A stretch of DNA of 64,000 nt from a virus. A model generated the notes under the pieces. The model was given only the letters and a program-made list of their open reading frames with translations, was not told the DNA's origin and searched no databases. Location: positions 1 through 64,000 of IMG/VR virus record IMGVR_UViG_3300037119_005106; one strand, written 5' to 3'. Numbering within the stretch: the first letter of the stretch is position 1; each line of letters begins with the position of its first letter. Positions 10,001 through 18,323 of the stretch are shown here, piece by piece. A program made the position numbers and the translations under genes.

Positions 10001-12964
10001 ACGAACCAATCCTTTGAAAAGCTTACCACCTAATTTAAACCCACCAACAACACCTTTAGCACCAAGCTTCAATCCTTTACCGGCTAAACCAAAAGCATCA
10101 CCGACAATGGAAGCATTACCTAAATCCTTTTTAGCAGAAATAGAAGTAGAATAAGTTTTACCACTAGGATGAGGTTCTCCCGTTTGAGTATCTACAAGAG
10201 AATACTTTCCAGTTGCTTTATCTTTTACAGGAGCATAGGTAGGTTCTGTTTCTCCATCGGTAGCAGCTTCATCAATTATGGGATTACCTTGTTCATCATA
10301 TTGCACATTACCCAATTCTTGCTTTCTAAATTCTTCTTCGGCAGCAGCCGTTCTTCTCGCTTCTGCTTCGATAGCAGTTTCTAATCCAGCATCTTGATAT
10401 TCTTGTTCGAAAGCATTCAATCCTTCCTCTTTTGCAGTAGGAACTTTTTCAAGGTTATCAGATACCTTTTTATCCAAAGCAGTAGTATCTTCTTCCATGA
10501 TTGGATTTCCATACTCATCAACAGCCGGAGTTCCATCAGCATTCATTTTGGCTTTCATTTGAGCGCCAAAGGTTTTTGTTTTGGCTAATACTTTTTCGTA
10601 TAAAGCCTTACCTTCTTTACCCATGTTTTTAAGCATATTCAAATGATTCTCTTTGGCAGCTTCATAAATCTCATCATCACTCATTTTAACAAATTGGTCA
10701 TACTGAGCATCACTAAGTCCGGCAAGAACATCGCCTTGAGATTGAGCCATTGTTAATTGGTCCTCTGACATTTTAGATGGATCTACAATAAGTTCTCTTT
10801 GACCACTAATTTTTGCAGTCTTATTACCAGACTCATCAGTGATATAAGCTATCTCATTTCCGTTCTGATTTGTCCAAAATTTAATATTCAATGGACTAGC
10901 AGTTTTACCAGAGATAAGATTCAATCGGTTTGCTTGTGCTTGTGCCAAGTTCAAAGAAAGCATTTCTATTTGTTGCTCATGCTCTGCTTTTAACTTAGCA
11001 AACTTTTGTTGAACAGCAGAATTACTTCTGTCAGCCATACTTTGTTTCAAAGCAGTTATATTGGCTTGTATTTCAGGACTTGGATTAGCAAGCATGTTCT
11101 CATTCAATTGTTTCAATTGAACCTTTTCTTCTTCGTGTAATACGGATTCATCAGATTCGCCAAACTCTTTTTTAAGAACAGTTACTTTTTCATCATAAGC
11201 AGATTCTTCATCTTGAATAAAACGCTCCAAAGATTTTGCTTGAATAGTATTATTTGCCAAAGCATGTTTACCAGCAATATTCAAAGAAGCAGAAGCATTG
11301 TAATCAGCACTTACATCATGAAACTCTTGTTGGTATTCAGCAACTTCTTCAGGAGAAATATTTCCTCTTGAAAGTTGGTCGGATATAAAAGCATCAAACT
11401 GATCAGTTTTTTTATCATGAAGCATATCAACCATTGTATTTCTGATATGCCAAGTTCTAGCAGACTGACCACCCTTATCAGAAGCATCAATAGAAGCTTT
11501 TAATGTTTCCATACGATTCATATAGTCCACACCTTTCTGAGCAGACTCGTTGAATTTAATATTCATAGCACCACCCATAAGAGCACCCATAGCAAATGAA
11601 GCAACCTTTGTATTTTTATTAGCTTTAGAGAAATAGTAATCCCAATAATCAGGAGCTTTCTCACCGGTTACTTTTTCATTAGCTTTTAACTGCGCCCAAT
11701 CCTCATACGTTTCTTGAAAGGTTTCTTCCGTTCCTTCCAAAACACCATGAGCACCAGCTTTAGCCAATCCTTTCAAGAATGGAACAGCTACCTTTGAATA
11801 AGTAACGGCAGCATCTTTAGAAACTTGCTCAATAGATTTTAATCCTATTTTCTTAGAGATTCCAGCATATGCTTTTTCTCCCGCTTTACCATAAGACAAT
11901 CCCCAAGAAATCATATCAATTGGAGCATACCACATATTCTGCATCATACTTGCAGCAGCTACACCCGACATATCATCATCAGAATATCTTGGCGGTTTAC
12001 CATTGGCTTTATCTTCCTCATTCAAGGCTTGCATGGTTCTATTATAATCCATAGCATTGGTAGCACCCGTAAGTAAGTTGTTTGCCATACCCGCACCTGA
12101 TGCATTAACAAACTCATTACTGAACTCTGACATTTTTAAAACACCATTCACATCACGAGTAAGATACTTGGCTAATCCTTTTCCTGTTCCCGTAATATCC
12201 TCAGCAGTTTTTAAACCGGTAGCCATTGCTTTAGCAGTATTGTTTACTGTTTGAACAGATTCTCCCAATAGTCCACCAACTCTTGATGCTCTAGCAGCAC
12301 CCATCAATTCGGATTCTAAAAATAATCCCATTCCTTTTTTGGCAGCACTACCAGCACCAGCACCAGTAACCATAAATTCAATAGCCATTGGAATCATTTC
12401 CGCTACATTGGTACTCCAAAAATCAGGATCCAATAATGAACCCCAAGTAAGTTCTTGCCCTTCTAATTTCTTTTTTAAATAAGTAGTATGCTCATTACCG
12501 ATATCATCGCCATACTCTCTCAATGCTCTACCCAATTGATTTCCTTCTGCAAGAGTAAGACCAGGAACAGCAGCACCAACCAAATTGATAACATCACCCG
12601 TACTACCAATAACAGTTTCTCCAACACCTTTCATAAATGATTCTTGAAATTGGGAAGCCCAGTTTCTATGGATATCATTCTGAGTAGGATTTGGCGCTTC
12701 GATAGAACCAGCTTGATTGGTATTGACTGTATCTATTCCACCGAACTCTTGTTCAATTGTGGCTTGTCCAGAGTCTTGTGTAGCAACATCAATATTAGGA
12801 CTTTGTTCTTGTTGTTTTTGAGCCAACATATCTTGCGTTTGCAAATCAATTTGTTGTTGACTTGTTTCTTGCATATCAAGAAACTGAGCTTGGTTTTGCT
12901 CAGGTGTTGGTATATTAGTTTCGCTTGGATCTATACTGTTATTTCCTTTGAATAATTTAGCCAT
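1067..12964 (-). CDS. giant virion-packaged RNA polymerase polyprotein (crAss-like vRNAP) with N-terminal membrane/ejection region and zincin protease domain
   Basis: GTRIPSHG and GSDYDGD two-barrel RNAP catalytic motifs (D2483-D2487), HEMAH zincin motif at about residue 1128, Gly/Ala-rich hydrophobic N-terminus, position at the end of the virion module. Confidence 0.9.
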   Translation of the reverse strand: MAKLFKGNNSIDPSETNIPTPEQNQAQFLDMQETSQQQIDLQTQDMLAQKQQEQSPNIDVATQDSGQATIEQEFGGIDTVNTNQAGSIEAPNPTQNDIHRNWASQFQESFMKGVGETVIGSTGDVINLVGAAVPGLTLAEGNQLGRALREYGDDIGNEHTTYLKKKLEGQELTWGSLLDPDFWSTNVAEMIPMAIEFMVTGAGAGSAAKKGMGLFLESELMGAARASRVGGLLGESVQTVNNTAKAMATGLKTAEDITGTGKGLAKYLTRDVNGVLKMSEFSNEFVNASGAGMANNLLTGATNAMDYNRTMQALNEEDKANGKPPRYSDDDMSGVAAASMMQNMWYAPIDMISWGLSYGKAGEKAYAGISKKIGLKSIEQVSKDAAVTYSKVAVPFLKGLAKAGAHGVLEGTEETFQETYEDWAQLKANEKVTGEKAPDYWDYYFSKANKNTKVASFAMGALMGGAMNIKFNESAQKGVDYMNRMETLKASIDASDKGGQSARTWHIRNTMVDMLHDKKTDQFDAFISDQLSRGNISPEEVAEYQQEFHDVSADYNASASLNIAGKHALANNTIQAKSLERFIQDEESAYDEKVTVLKKEFGESDESVLHEEEKVQLKQLNENMLANPSPEIQANITALKQSMADRSNSAVQQKFAKLKAEHEQQIEMLSLNLAQAQANRLNLISGKTASPLNIKFWTNQNGNEIAYITDESGNKTAKISGQRELIVDPSKMSEDQLTMAQSQGDVLAGLSDAQYDQFVKMSDDEIYEAAKENHLNMLKNMGKEGKALYEKVLAKTKTFGAQMKAKMNADGTPAVDEYGNPIMEEDTTALDKKVSDNLEKVPTAKEEGLNAFEQEYQDAGLETAIEAEARRTAAAEEEFRKQELGNVQYDEQGNPIIDEAATDGETEPTYAPVKDKATGKYSLVDTQTGEPHPSGKTYSTSISAKKDLGNASIVGDAFGLAGKGLKLGAKGVVGGFKLGGKLFKGLVRKGGEAIEEGQEFVQAKMNEAEKRKTIQQNMAQDSMRRTIMENAYHTAPARNNANNPDATIAKQQLDAYLDTKIAAFKYGPRVVDEQRTINRMLKAKGIDINVVSASNLFSLVGTPAVGYALASTIYIDENTWEQPEIFMHEMAHVNYRLTKDSAATKAVVQEARRDQKLVDKIEKLYEDKIVYLLEDGKTTTFLKGLVDYFITPADGQTEQEAVAAFEAEVTQAGGLENLLNSFEIFKAPDEEQSVINEELFTHYLQGPLAKNFNYTLDPIKERGRQKVSKGWWNWVKGETVTYEPYAVDVVQKLNDGIPVPTSDLMEHIMTNFVKSSAGNKAAYDGGGFASKVDMKDQAEQDNHQRITDAKIEQRRNYDPIATKQANRKTTYDRLVKKIQEDVDVKMKDFSEQERQDEIDFQLNELENAMLEEGAFDDYESAKQVTFRGATRILNSFTKSLNYVKRKKFAESGALASDFNEENLIDRDLLVSEFYNLAFENKGDTNGFISAIENSRTEEVWQFNQYMNKMHPNEKMMYLSSMAYVMGNQQTISAIKSVVNSEGKWETQNALSETERNKTERHLSKLEEQEKLHYNGKFTESGAQNHQYFLDAYNNIKSGNQTNEDYLAVLRYLAPRGVRFSALVNNQTINMRGHNVNVKTLIDKMVRSKAMENPRDPNKIYVYGAKPFIEAIVDSNRKYTSYSVVQNAEGNMEPSKITNNHLMSELNGMNEFLVKDTKGNFPTFKSFKQKYAHLSDPANRTHENPVLRGIYDNAKNGVLRPTATQYVGLSHLQRGSNSLYKNSTDFTQTIEDFMMFSGVENAASYMQTLSAMADSPRKFLMSVSRIKFDEAFKARPNMTDKIELTTKGNRMLESSWRIYDKSNENLNEFEKSKTIKSQEEYINKFKQSVNDEIQRWNANAKDLIANKTVKPDYFENGKLSLKGQNKITEFVFNQSVNGMALAEVFNPGIPFNDIVKRNKGNSSPVNSFGNENLKMEAIPIDDSKVKRATDSGMYMTRSQAQKIVDAGLGVFDLNNGLKLLNYHVERDNPNFQGKSAYFKGYTTIIDEDTLVTEPGLRGVYNLLNEREQVYNAWHKNKFGTEPSLDLTNGEHNYINYAVPYSAIKSDFFSAEQKQVLSGITYENLENDYDNHIGNRSSASTESETDKMHNALDSLYYGDNGEFMGLATNNFGPQQIMDKVTEQATTPVQFMSAVIVNGMVGNNLAMGEEIQKLIRTDMDKNLDAIIDELGDMNPSKYKAFILKNLDLENMDQSQRLMIEESLTNLNHPAVSDFITNTLANRLKQAGNKLKTAGTIAQQKPSAHYQYRNGITINGRKGLAGHQNRHNADGSIGSQIMEIVLPNHMKDKVNFRQYLNETDPQVKRVFGLHKDLQGKMDLANAIADETQRGVAKSAVLKQVALMIARLRHPKAGNEGSYGYDVNDYIGEYYQNGVPAGWFVRGDSVIGTRIPSHGPASTGAFEATDYLEGEGNQTIVHEDFSEIAGSDYDGDSLFIQRKDKSTPNFNKALDKTVDLWTSPGMREQIKAKIEFEKEVKKVIGNNKAKVTMPMSPDYHRQAYNNTMISKRNIGIIFNTHRIANYLAAYNVKLNNPINIDGHRVDAFSDKEVGQDSRNNQSAMLANIILDNAKWGFADALGLNDQTINQYSLLTNMGFSLQQVNDIMNSKAVKVWNKHQANNQNPYASKMKNADVKKAILHELGIDDKKVGPVSINTNAGMINTKEQMKQIVQMMESLEAMNADILHVSKIMAGHKGIENNPFILEQQLKDFNTVVNSDKKNALLTFPESFKNNPDIKAYHDNAEKILNIMKKANPIYNDNTSKLIESLNQKIGFDDTMDKKQMERTSDIVKRFQTSRILGLNNTTSAQKNAIKDKAFRDVNKYMDELEGEMVPGNRKATALDKSVLFNRALNMNIKHAPGQTNTPMGARVYSDNSYISANPRFFNESLTEEDRKAVQEEWKALPQEIKDGLITLDLMKNGLTGKLSLSNVFDEGTNHDISTYAAHEAKNKNTPINKSVMDKLENLVISNEFKENPSILNASNPTTKYKQGDNLLSYIAENNPSLDKALRVGGGMIFKVDGKPYIYDGVTDAEKKKIRTDYQDRSEQTHMMGNLIGGRIKPYNVFQGDVNLEAISLADDTGRPLYKSRPSTAEKTEDTSKKKAKPDLGNASRIDYHNYNDVTPLNQREFNAVMEYDNSVGDEQKAFVYKKYLEDKKEANDLTSRFNQTTYSQMGNDELKNVYTNFAQKDIYAYSILTTPLTIELANRMGVEQSELTGAIEDGKDMTLMDSWLNNNNVSSNQPVTQRLVRMINNEYKKFVQQRGKYIKVINHATDALYQEKFGLSKNKIISTLQRVGQSLFRNRKDVYEQLYGNLLSKETYKDANGVEKKNLKFKTDDEITALYKANKLSKAEVDFYNTFREITTHLKSFDGNDKVREGYIPHTSMDAFEMYANRGLLGLLVNSKGLDSVIEDVKVYTNINGKDELMSFRDIKSQYNALAVSGKQSAKDLYAFNKLKRTATKLQKTGKNEDGSRIIYSNMQNETLLGMSPMSRFSSSRSVKAELMPSMDLNKALTEYVHSSIFTNGDESFQGFKALMPMIDGVMAYNDKNGYKNAYNYVKEVYKEGLIMKKEQVTFDKKTDAVINGLVRGNTMYALGYKGLVIGKGIYAIGNLAVGKYMNMKREGGKSWAIGESRYWGIDKGVSLELLDRRNRARNILNNLGYMESDFYDDVSIETKSGLDNIFTKIALSPMAVTEDWIQRVHMLGMLTDEEFNLFDENGNYKAGAVQLSPIRVAALEERVKNAHGKGFSPIDQSRMHKYALGKMFMQFSRHIPTQIRERFAKEDIDMNGQKYIGSLRQVGKSASDFFHNGMSPAKAKEYYNSLEPHQKEAFLSGLRGMALMTMLGMIAGNSNEQSQMLGSKTDASSISSGVMSDSNIWFDPDRMMLKTVPPSVRSALSVLKGLTRGDGEQVQQ

Positions 12965-12965
12965 T

Positions 12966-14996
12966 TTATTTTGAATTTAAAAGGTTGTAGAATTTAAGCC
13001 AAGTTGCCGTTACCTCTTGGTTAGCTGCAATATCTTCTGGATTATCTCCAGCTGTAATGTCGCCCATTAATTTAATAAAATCAGTATCAGAATATTTGCT
13101 CTTACTAATCAAAGCTTTTTTGATTTCTGGATGATAATTTACAGCGTTGGTAAAGTTATTAGGATTTCCCTTTTTATAATAACCATCAGACAACATTAAA
13201 TTAGGATTAAAGGTTCCTTTGTTTCTTCCGTTACCTTCCGTTAAATAAGAAAGAGCCATGTAATAAGATTTCACAGCTTTGTATCTATCAGAACCATCAC
13301 CTACTCTTGTACTTTTAGCATCTGCCTTAAACTCAGGAGTAGAGAATACGCCATTAGGACCAGAAGCAATAGCAGCATATTGTTTTGTTACTTTAGCATT
13401 ATATTGTTTGCTTATTTCATTATGTGCTTTCAATTCAGAACTTTTTTGACGTCGCTTAACAGCAGTAGTAACATTATCATAATCGCCAATAGCTAAAGCC
13501 AAATCACTCTCTCCTTTGATATCATTAGCATCTAATCGTTGGTAGTATTTATGACCATCAGCAGTTGTAATAACAGCAAACATTTCGTGTCTTAAGTTTC
13601 CTGAATAACCAGCCATGTGGTCGCGTTCTTCTTGAGTCAATTGATACTTACCATTTTTATCTGTTTTACCCAAAGACTTACCATTACTATCACGAACCTG
13701 AGTAACCATATTATTTTTATCATCCACATAAGCAGTTATCAAACCACCAAACTGACCACCTTTATCAGCGCCAGCTTTAACCATTGATTGTGCTACATCA
13801 GAAGGTAATAGATTTCCATTAGGAGAATATATCATACCATTGGTTAAAGGAATAGCAATATCATTAGCAGAAGTACTTCCCGGATAAAGATTTTCAACAA
13901 CACCTTTAAGATTACCAACTTTCACATGAATAGCACTTGCTGGAGTGTATTTCTCATTCATGCCTGTAGTTCTTTTTACAGCACCCCACAATCCACCTAA
14001 TAAATTATCATCATTGTAATTGGTATCAGCAGCAACATAAGGATTTATGTTACCCATAACACCTGATAATTCTCGGTTATTAATAGCAGTTTTTTGAATA
14101 AAGTTTACAGGTTCCATTAATTTAGAAATAGTAGCTGGATCAGAAGAAGATTGTACTTGGTTCAATACTTCATTACTAGCAGCAACATAAGAAATAGGAA
14201 TTTCATCTTCTTCTTTTGTTCCAGCAGCTTTCACCGCTTTAGCTTGCTTATCATATTCCTGTTGAGATAAGTCATGTTGGTATTTCATCATATTAGTTCC
14301 TTGACCATAATGGTTTTGGATAGTATAATTCAACAACTCATCTTCTAACTGAGGTCCTGTCAATCCATTCATTTTAGGATTATCCATTAACCAGTTATTG
14401 TAAATCTGCATACGGTTACTTGCTAAAATAACAGGAGCAGGAACTTCTTGACCATAGTTATAATATTTCTCAGGAATAGTAACTTCCGACTTCATACCGC
14501 CATAAGTAATTTTACCATCACCAATACCAGCATTATAATTGTCAAGATTTTGTTTATCCATATCTGAAAGTAAATGACCTTTATTATCAGCCATTACTTT
14601 CATAATAGATTCCATGTTCTTTTTGTTATCGGTATAAGAAAGAGTTTCCGGAGAATTTAATACATCCGATTTATATTGTGATAATAAAGCAATACCACCA
14701 TTTTCAAAGAAAGCTTTACGAGAACCGTATTCTTCAATCTTATCGCGTATATTTCTTTGAAGTTCTAAGGATTTATTTTTAATCTTGATTCTATCAGGCT
14801 CAAGCAATTCAGCAGCTTTTGCAGATATTTCCTCATACTGCTTAGATTCAAGTTCCTGAGCAACCATACTGGCTTGCTTATCAGCCTGGATTCCTTTCTC
14901 AACATTTTCCATTTGAGCAAATTCCCGCTGATTCTGAGCAACATAATCAACACTCTTGCTAAGCCCTGTAAGTCCAGCTATACTACCTAATTTCAT
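12966..14996 (-). CDS. internal virion (ejected cargo) protein
   Basis: 676 aa, helical N-terminus, lies between vRNAP and the transglycosylase cargo gene. Confidence 0.6.
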   Translation of the reverse strand: MKLGSIAGLTGLSKSVDYVAQNQREFAQMENVEKGIQADKQASMVAQELESKQYEEISAKAAELLEPDRIKIKNKSLELQRNIRDKIEEYGSRKAFFENGGIALLSQYKSDVLNSPETLSYTDNKKNMESIMKVMADNKGHLLSDMDKQNLDNYNAGIGDGKITYGGMKSEVTIPEKYYNYGQEVPAPVILASNRMQIYNNWLMDNPKMNGLTGPQLEDELLNYTIQNHYGQGTNMMKYQHDLSQQEYDKQAKAVKAAGTKEEDEIPISYVAASNEVLNQVQSSSDPATISKLMEPVNFIQKTAINNRELSGVMGNINPYVAADTNYNDDNLLGGLWGAVKRTTGMNEKYTPASAIHVKVGNLKGVVENLYPGSTSANDIAIPLTNGMIYSPNGNLLPSDVAQSMVKAGADKGGQFGGLITAYVDDKNNMVTQVRDSNGKSLGKTDKNGKYQLTQEERDHMAGYSGNLRHEMFAVITTADGHKYYQRLDANDIKGESDLALAIGDYDNVTTAVKRRQKSSELKAHNEISKQYNAKVTKQYAAIASGPNGVFSTPEFKADAKSTRVGDGSDRYKAVKSYYMALSYLTEGNGRNKGTFNPNLMLSDGYYKKGNPNNFTNAVNYHPEIKKALISKSKYSDTDFIKLMGDITAGDNPEDIAANQEVTATWLKFYNLLNSK

Positions 14997-15007
14997 ATCT
15001 TCCTTTT

Positions 15008-17596
15008 TTAATGTATCAATGTTCCAAGCGTTCCAGCTTCTCTTAAAGCATTATTGGTTATTCTGTCAATAGTTTCATCTTGCTTCTTTGACCTGTCTAA
15101 ATACTCCAAAGCCTTTTGCTCTAAACTTTCCCCTCTACCATTACCTAAACCATAGTCAAGAGTATTCACTCCTGTAGGTTCTCCATTAGCACCAGCAACC
15201 AATTGACTAACTAAAGTCTTTTCTGGAACGGGAGAATTAGTTACTATCGCTCCACCTACTTTTGGTTTATCAGGAGCAGATTGCCCAGGAGCAAGAGTAG
15301 TAAGTTCAATACGAGATTGCCCTGGCTCTACATATTTCTTTTCAGTAACAATAGGTTGTTTATCAGCTTTACCCGTTACCTCATCTGAAACTTCTTGTGT
15401 TTTGGCAGTAGTCAATTCACTAATTCCTTTTTCTTCTGTAAACACTTGTTTTGCTACCTTACTACCAGTTACTTCATCATAATGATTTTTCAAATCATCA
15501 ACAGAAGCATTCTCATTTTCCATCGGGTCCAAGTTAGGATTTTTTGAGAGAATATCACTAAGAACATTACGTTCTTCCATGTTCATTGTCTTAATCCAAC
15601 TACCCATTGATTCTTGTGTAGTTTTCTTCGCTTGACTCTTAATCTTAGCAGCTTCTTTGAACTCCAAACTTCCCGGAGCGCCAGGCTCTGCATTTGGTAA
15701 TAATCCCGTAGCATGAAATTGAAACAATTGTCTACGCATATCATTCATAGAACCCGGAGCATTCTCTTTAGCATTTTCAATACCAGCGATAAGATTGCTC
15801 ATTCCTTGTTGAGCCAAATTAGAAGCAGCAGCTCTATTCATTTGGTCCTCTGAATACTTTCTTTCATTGTTGGCAATATCCCTTCTAGAATCAAAATCAT
15901 TTATGTATTTCTGAACTTCTCCAAAGGTAGCCATTGCTTTATCACTACGATCAATATCCATAGCGGTTATTGCAACAATACCTTCCATTCGTGCTTTATC
16001 CAATTGCCCTTGATTACCTAACACAAGATTTCTATTACCACCAGAAGCACGAACAATATTTTCAAGTCCTGTTTGGTAAGCATCAGCAAGCTTCATTTTT
16101 AATCCACCCTCAATAGCTGGATCCAATCCCATATTTTTAATCTTAGCTAAATCTTGTGCATAAAGAAGCATTCCTTCAGATACTTTTTCATCACGATATT
16201 TAATCTCAACAGCATTGGCAGCAGCCATACCCATAAGACCAGTTGTTGCGCCAATAAGAGCATCAAAAGGAATATCCATCTTACCCGGCTTATATTCAAA
16301 CTGAGCATCCGTAAATAAACCAGGATCAGTAAACTTATCAAGATTATCAGTAGGCTTATTCTTTTCTGCCAACATTCTAGCACCTCTTTCCTTTTCAGCA
16401 GCTTCAACTTTTAATCGTGCTGCTTTTTCTTCCGCTGTTTCTCCACCCGTAGCAGTACCATTTTCTATATCAGAAGCAATACCAGTATCAACAGGAATGT
16501 TCTTAGAAACCTCATCATCATACTCGTTTTTGGTTTTACCATATTTAAGAATACCTCTTTCAATAGGCATTGGTGGGGTTAATTTATTTACTCTTTTTCC
16601 AATTTGACTTTTCAAATCTTCTAAATCAAAAGAAGTAGTAGAGCCATGAGAAAAACTTGTTTTATCATCTATCTTATTAGCTTTTGGAGTTAATCCAAGT
16701 TCTTTGTATAAAGCGATAATTTCCTTATCCCCTATTACTTTTCCAGTCTTAGGATTTCTTTTAACAAGTTTACCTGTTGCATCATCAACAATAGAAGGAC
16801 GATCATTGAATTCAGCAACACGTTCTTGAATATTTTTGATTTTATTCTCATGATCTAAATAGGTTTTATTGGTTTGGCGAATATTTTCATTAATGGCCAA
16901 CAACTTCCCTTCTCTATAAAATTTGCTTTTTACCTGATTCTTTTGCTTTTCTTTTTCTTCATCTGAAACAACTTTAGAATCTTGAGCATTTATAGCTCGC
17001 AATTGTTTAAGATAATCTTCTTTGTATTTCTTAATATCTTCAGGATTTTTAGACAAGTTTTTTTCATTCAATTCAGCATAGCCTTTATTTATTTTCGCTC
17101 TGGCAGCTTCGTTAGAATTCATGTAATTCATAACTGTAGATAATGGCTTTGCTTTTTGAGGTTTATTGTTTTTACCTTTCAAAGCACTTACTCCACTAGC
17201 ATCTTTTGGAAGAGCAGCCCATACAGGAGCAGCAGAATAAATTGCTTTATCTAAATCTCCATTATCAATATGAGCCAAAGAACCTTGTTTCTCTAATAAT
17301 GACAATGCAGCGATATCTTGTTCTTCAGGTGAGAATCCTGTAAAGCCAAGGTTACTAGAAAGAGTATCCCAAGTTTCATTCATAAACTGATACTTTCCAT
17401 GAGCATTAGAAGTTCCGTCAGAAGCTCTATCTTTTCCTTTTCTCCAATCCTTCTTCTTTCCACCAAACTTTGTAGAATAGGCATCAGCACCCCAAGTACC
17501 TTCTGCTTTGGAAATAGCATCAAGCATTACCTTGTATTGAGGATTACTTTCAAGCAATCCTTTTAGTCGTAAGTATTCCGCATTTGTATTTGGCAT
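15008..17596 (-). CDS. internal virion protein with N-terminal lambda-R-type lytic transglycosylase
   Basis: LDAISKAEGT...AHGKYQF..TW....LGFTGFSPEEQDIAA resembles lambda lysozyme; coiled-coil remainder. Confidence 0.8.
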   Translation of the reverse strand: MPNTNAEYLRLKGLLESNPQYKVMLDAISKAEGTWGADAYSTKFGGKKKDWRKGKDRASDGTSNAHGKYQFMNETWDTLSSNLGFTGFSPEEQDIAALSLLEKQGSLAHIDNGDLDKAIYSAAPVWAALPKDASGVSALKGKNNKPQKAKPLSTVMNYMNSNEAARAKINKGYAELNEKNLSKNPEDIKKYKEDYLKQLRAINAQDSKVVSDEEKEKQKNQVKSKFYREGKLLAINENIRQTNKTYLDHENKIKNIQERVAEFNDRPSIVDDATGKLVKRNPKTGKVIGDKEIIALYKELGLTPKANKIDDKTSFSHGSTTSFDLEDLKSQIGKRVNKLTPPMPIERGILKYGKTKNEYDDEVSKNIPVDTGIASDIENGTATGGETAEEKAARLKVEAAEKERGARMLAEKNKPTDNLDKFTDPGLFTDAQFEYKPGKMDIPFDALIGATTGLMGMAAANAVEIKYRDEKVSEGMLLYAQDLAKIKNMGLDPAIEGGLKMKLADAYQTGLENIVRASGGNRNLVLGNQGQLDKARMEGIVAITAMDIDRSDKAMATFGEVQKYINDFDSRRDIANNERKYSEDQMNRAAASNLAQQGMSNLIAGIENAKENAPGSMNDMRRQLFQFHATGLLPNAEPGAPGSLEFKEAAKIKSQAKKTTQESMGSWIKTMNMEERNVLSDILSKNPNLDPMENENASVDDLKNHYDEVTGSKVAKQVFTEEKGISELTTAKTQEVSDEVTGKADKQPIVTEKKYVEPGQSRIELTTLAPGQSAPDKPKVGGAIVTNSPVPEKTLVSQLVAGANGEPTGVNTLDYGLGNGRGESLEQKALEYLDRSKKQDETIDRITNNALREAGTLGTLIH

Positions 17597-17598
17597 GA

Positions 17599-18315
17599 CT
17601 ATACGTTTTTAGAGTTATAATTGGAACCCAATATTCCCATTTGAGATTTTAGGATATTTTTCTTAGCCTGAACTTGTTCTCCAGCATCATAAAGTTTCTG
17701 AGCTTCTTCCCTATCAGTAACTTGTTTTTGATAAGCAATAGCTTCTGCTTCCTTATTTTTCTTTCTCAATTTCTTTTCATCACCCATATGGCTAAGATAA
17801 CCAGTTGCTCCACCAATAACAGCACCAGCAGCACCACCAATAAGAGTACCAACACCCGGAATAACACTACCAATAGCAGCACCAGTTGAAGCACCTTTAG
17901 CAGCCATTTGCATTGTATTGGCTTTTCGTTCCTTTCCGGTTAAAAGTCCTTCATTTGCTTTAGCAGTTATTGCCATATCCAAAGCACCCGAAGCACCCGC
18001 CATTACACCAGCACCAACAGCATTACCAGAAGCTAATGATTGACCTGTAGAAGAAGCATCTTTTAATGCATTAGTCTTTGTATCATCAGCATAAGTAGAA
18101 CCTACAACATTAGAGCTTTTATTGGCTTGATAATCATTAGAATTATCAACTTGATTTTTAGTCAAAGCAATCTTATTACCACCAAGTTCTGTGTCAATGT
18201 CTGATACATCTGGATCAGTTGGAAGAACAGGTTTTTTAAGTAAAAGTTTCTTTTTTAAATCTTCAGCAGATTCAGTTCCATCGTCGTCTCCGACTGCATA
18301 ATTAGATTGTATCAT
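17599..18315 (-). CDS. glycine-zipper internal virion/ejection protein
   Basis: GASTGAAIGSVIPGVGTLIGGAAGAVIGG. Confidence 0.65.
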   Translation of the reverse strand: MIQSNYAVGDDDGTESAEDLKKKLLLKKPVLPTDPDVSDIDTELGGNKIALTKNQVDNSNDYQANKSSNVVGSTYADDTKTNALKDASSTGQSLASGNAVGAGVMAGASGALDMAITAKANEGLLTGKERKANTMQMAAKGASTGAAIGSVIPGVGTLIGGAAGAVIGGATGYLSHMGDEKKLRKKNKEAEAIAYQKQVTDREEAQKLYDAGEQVQAKKNILKSQMGILGSNYNSKNV

Positions 18316-18323
18316 AGTCGTTT

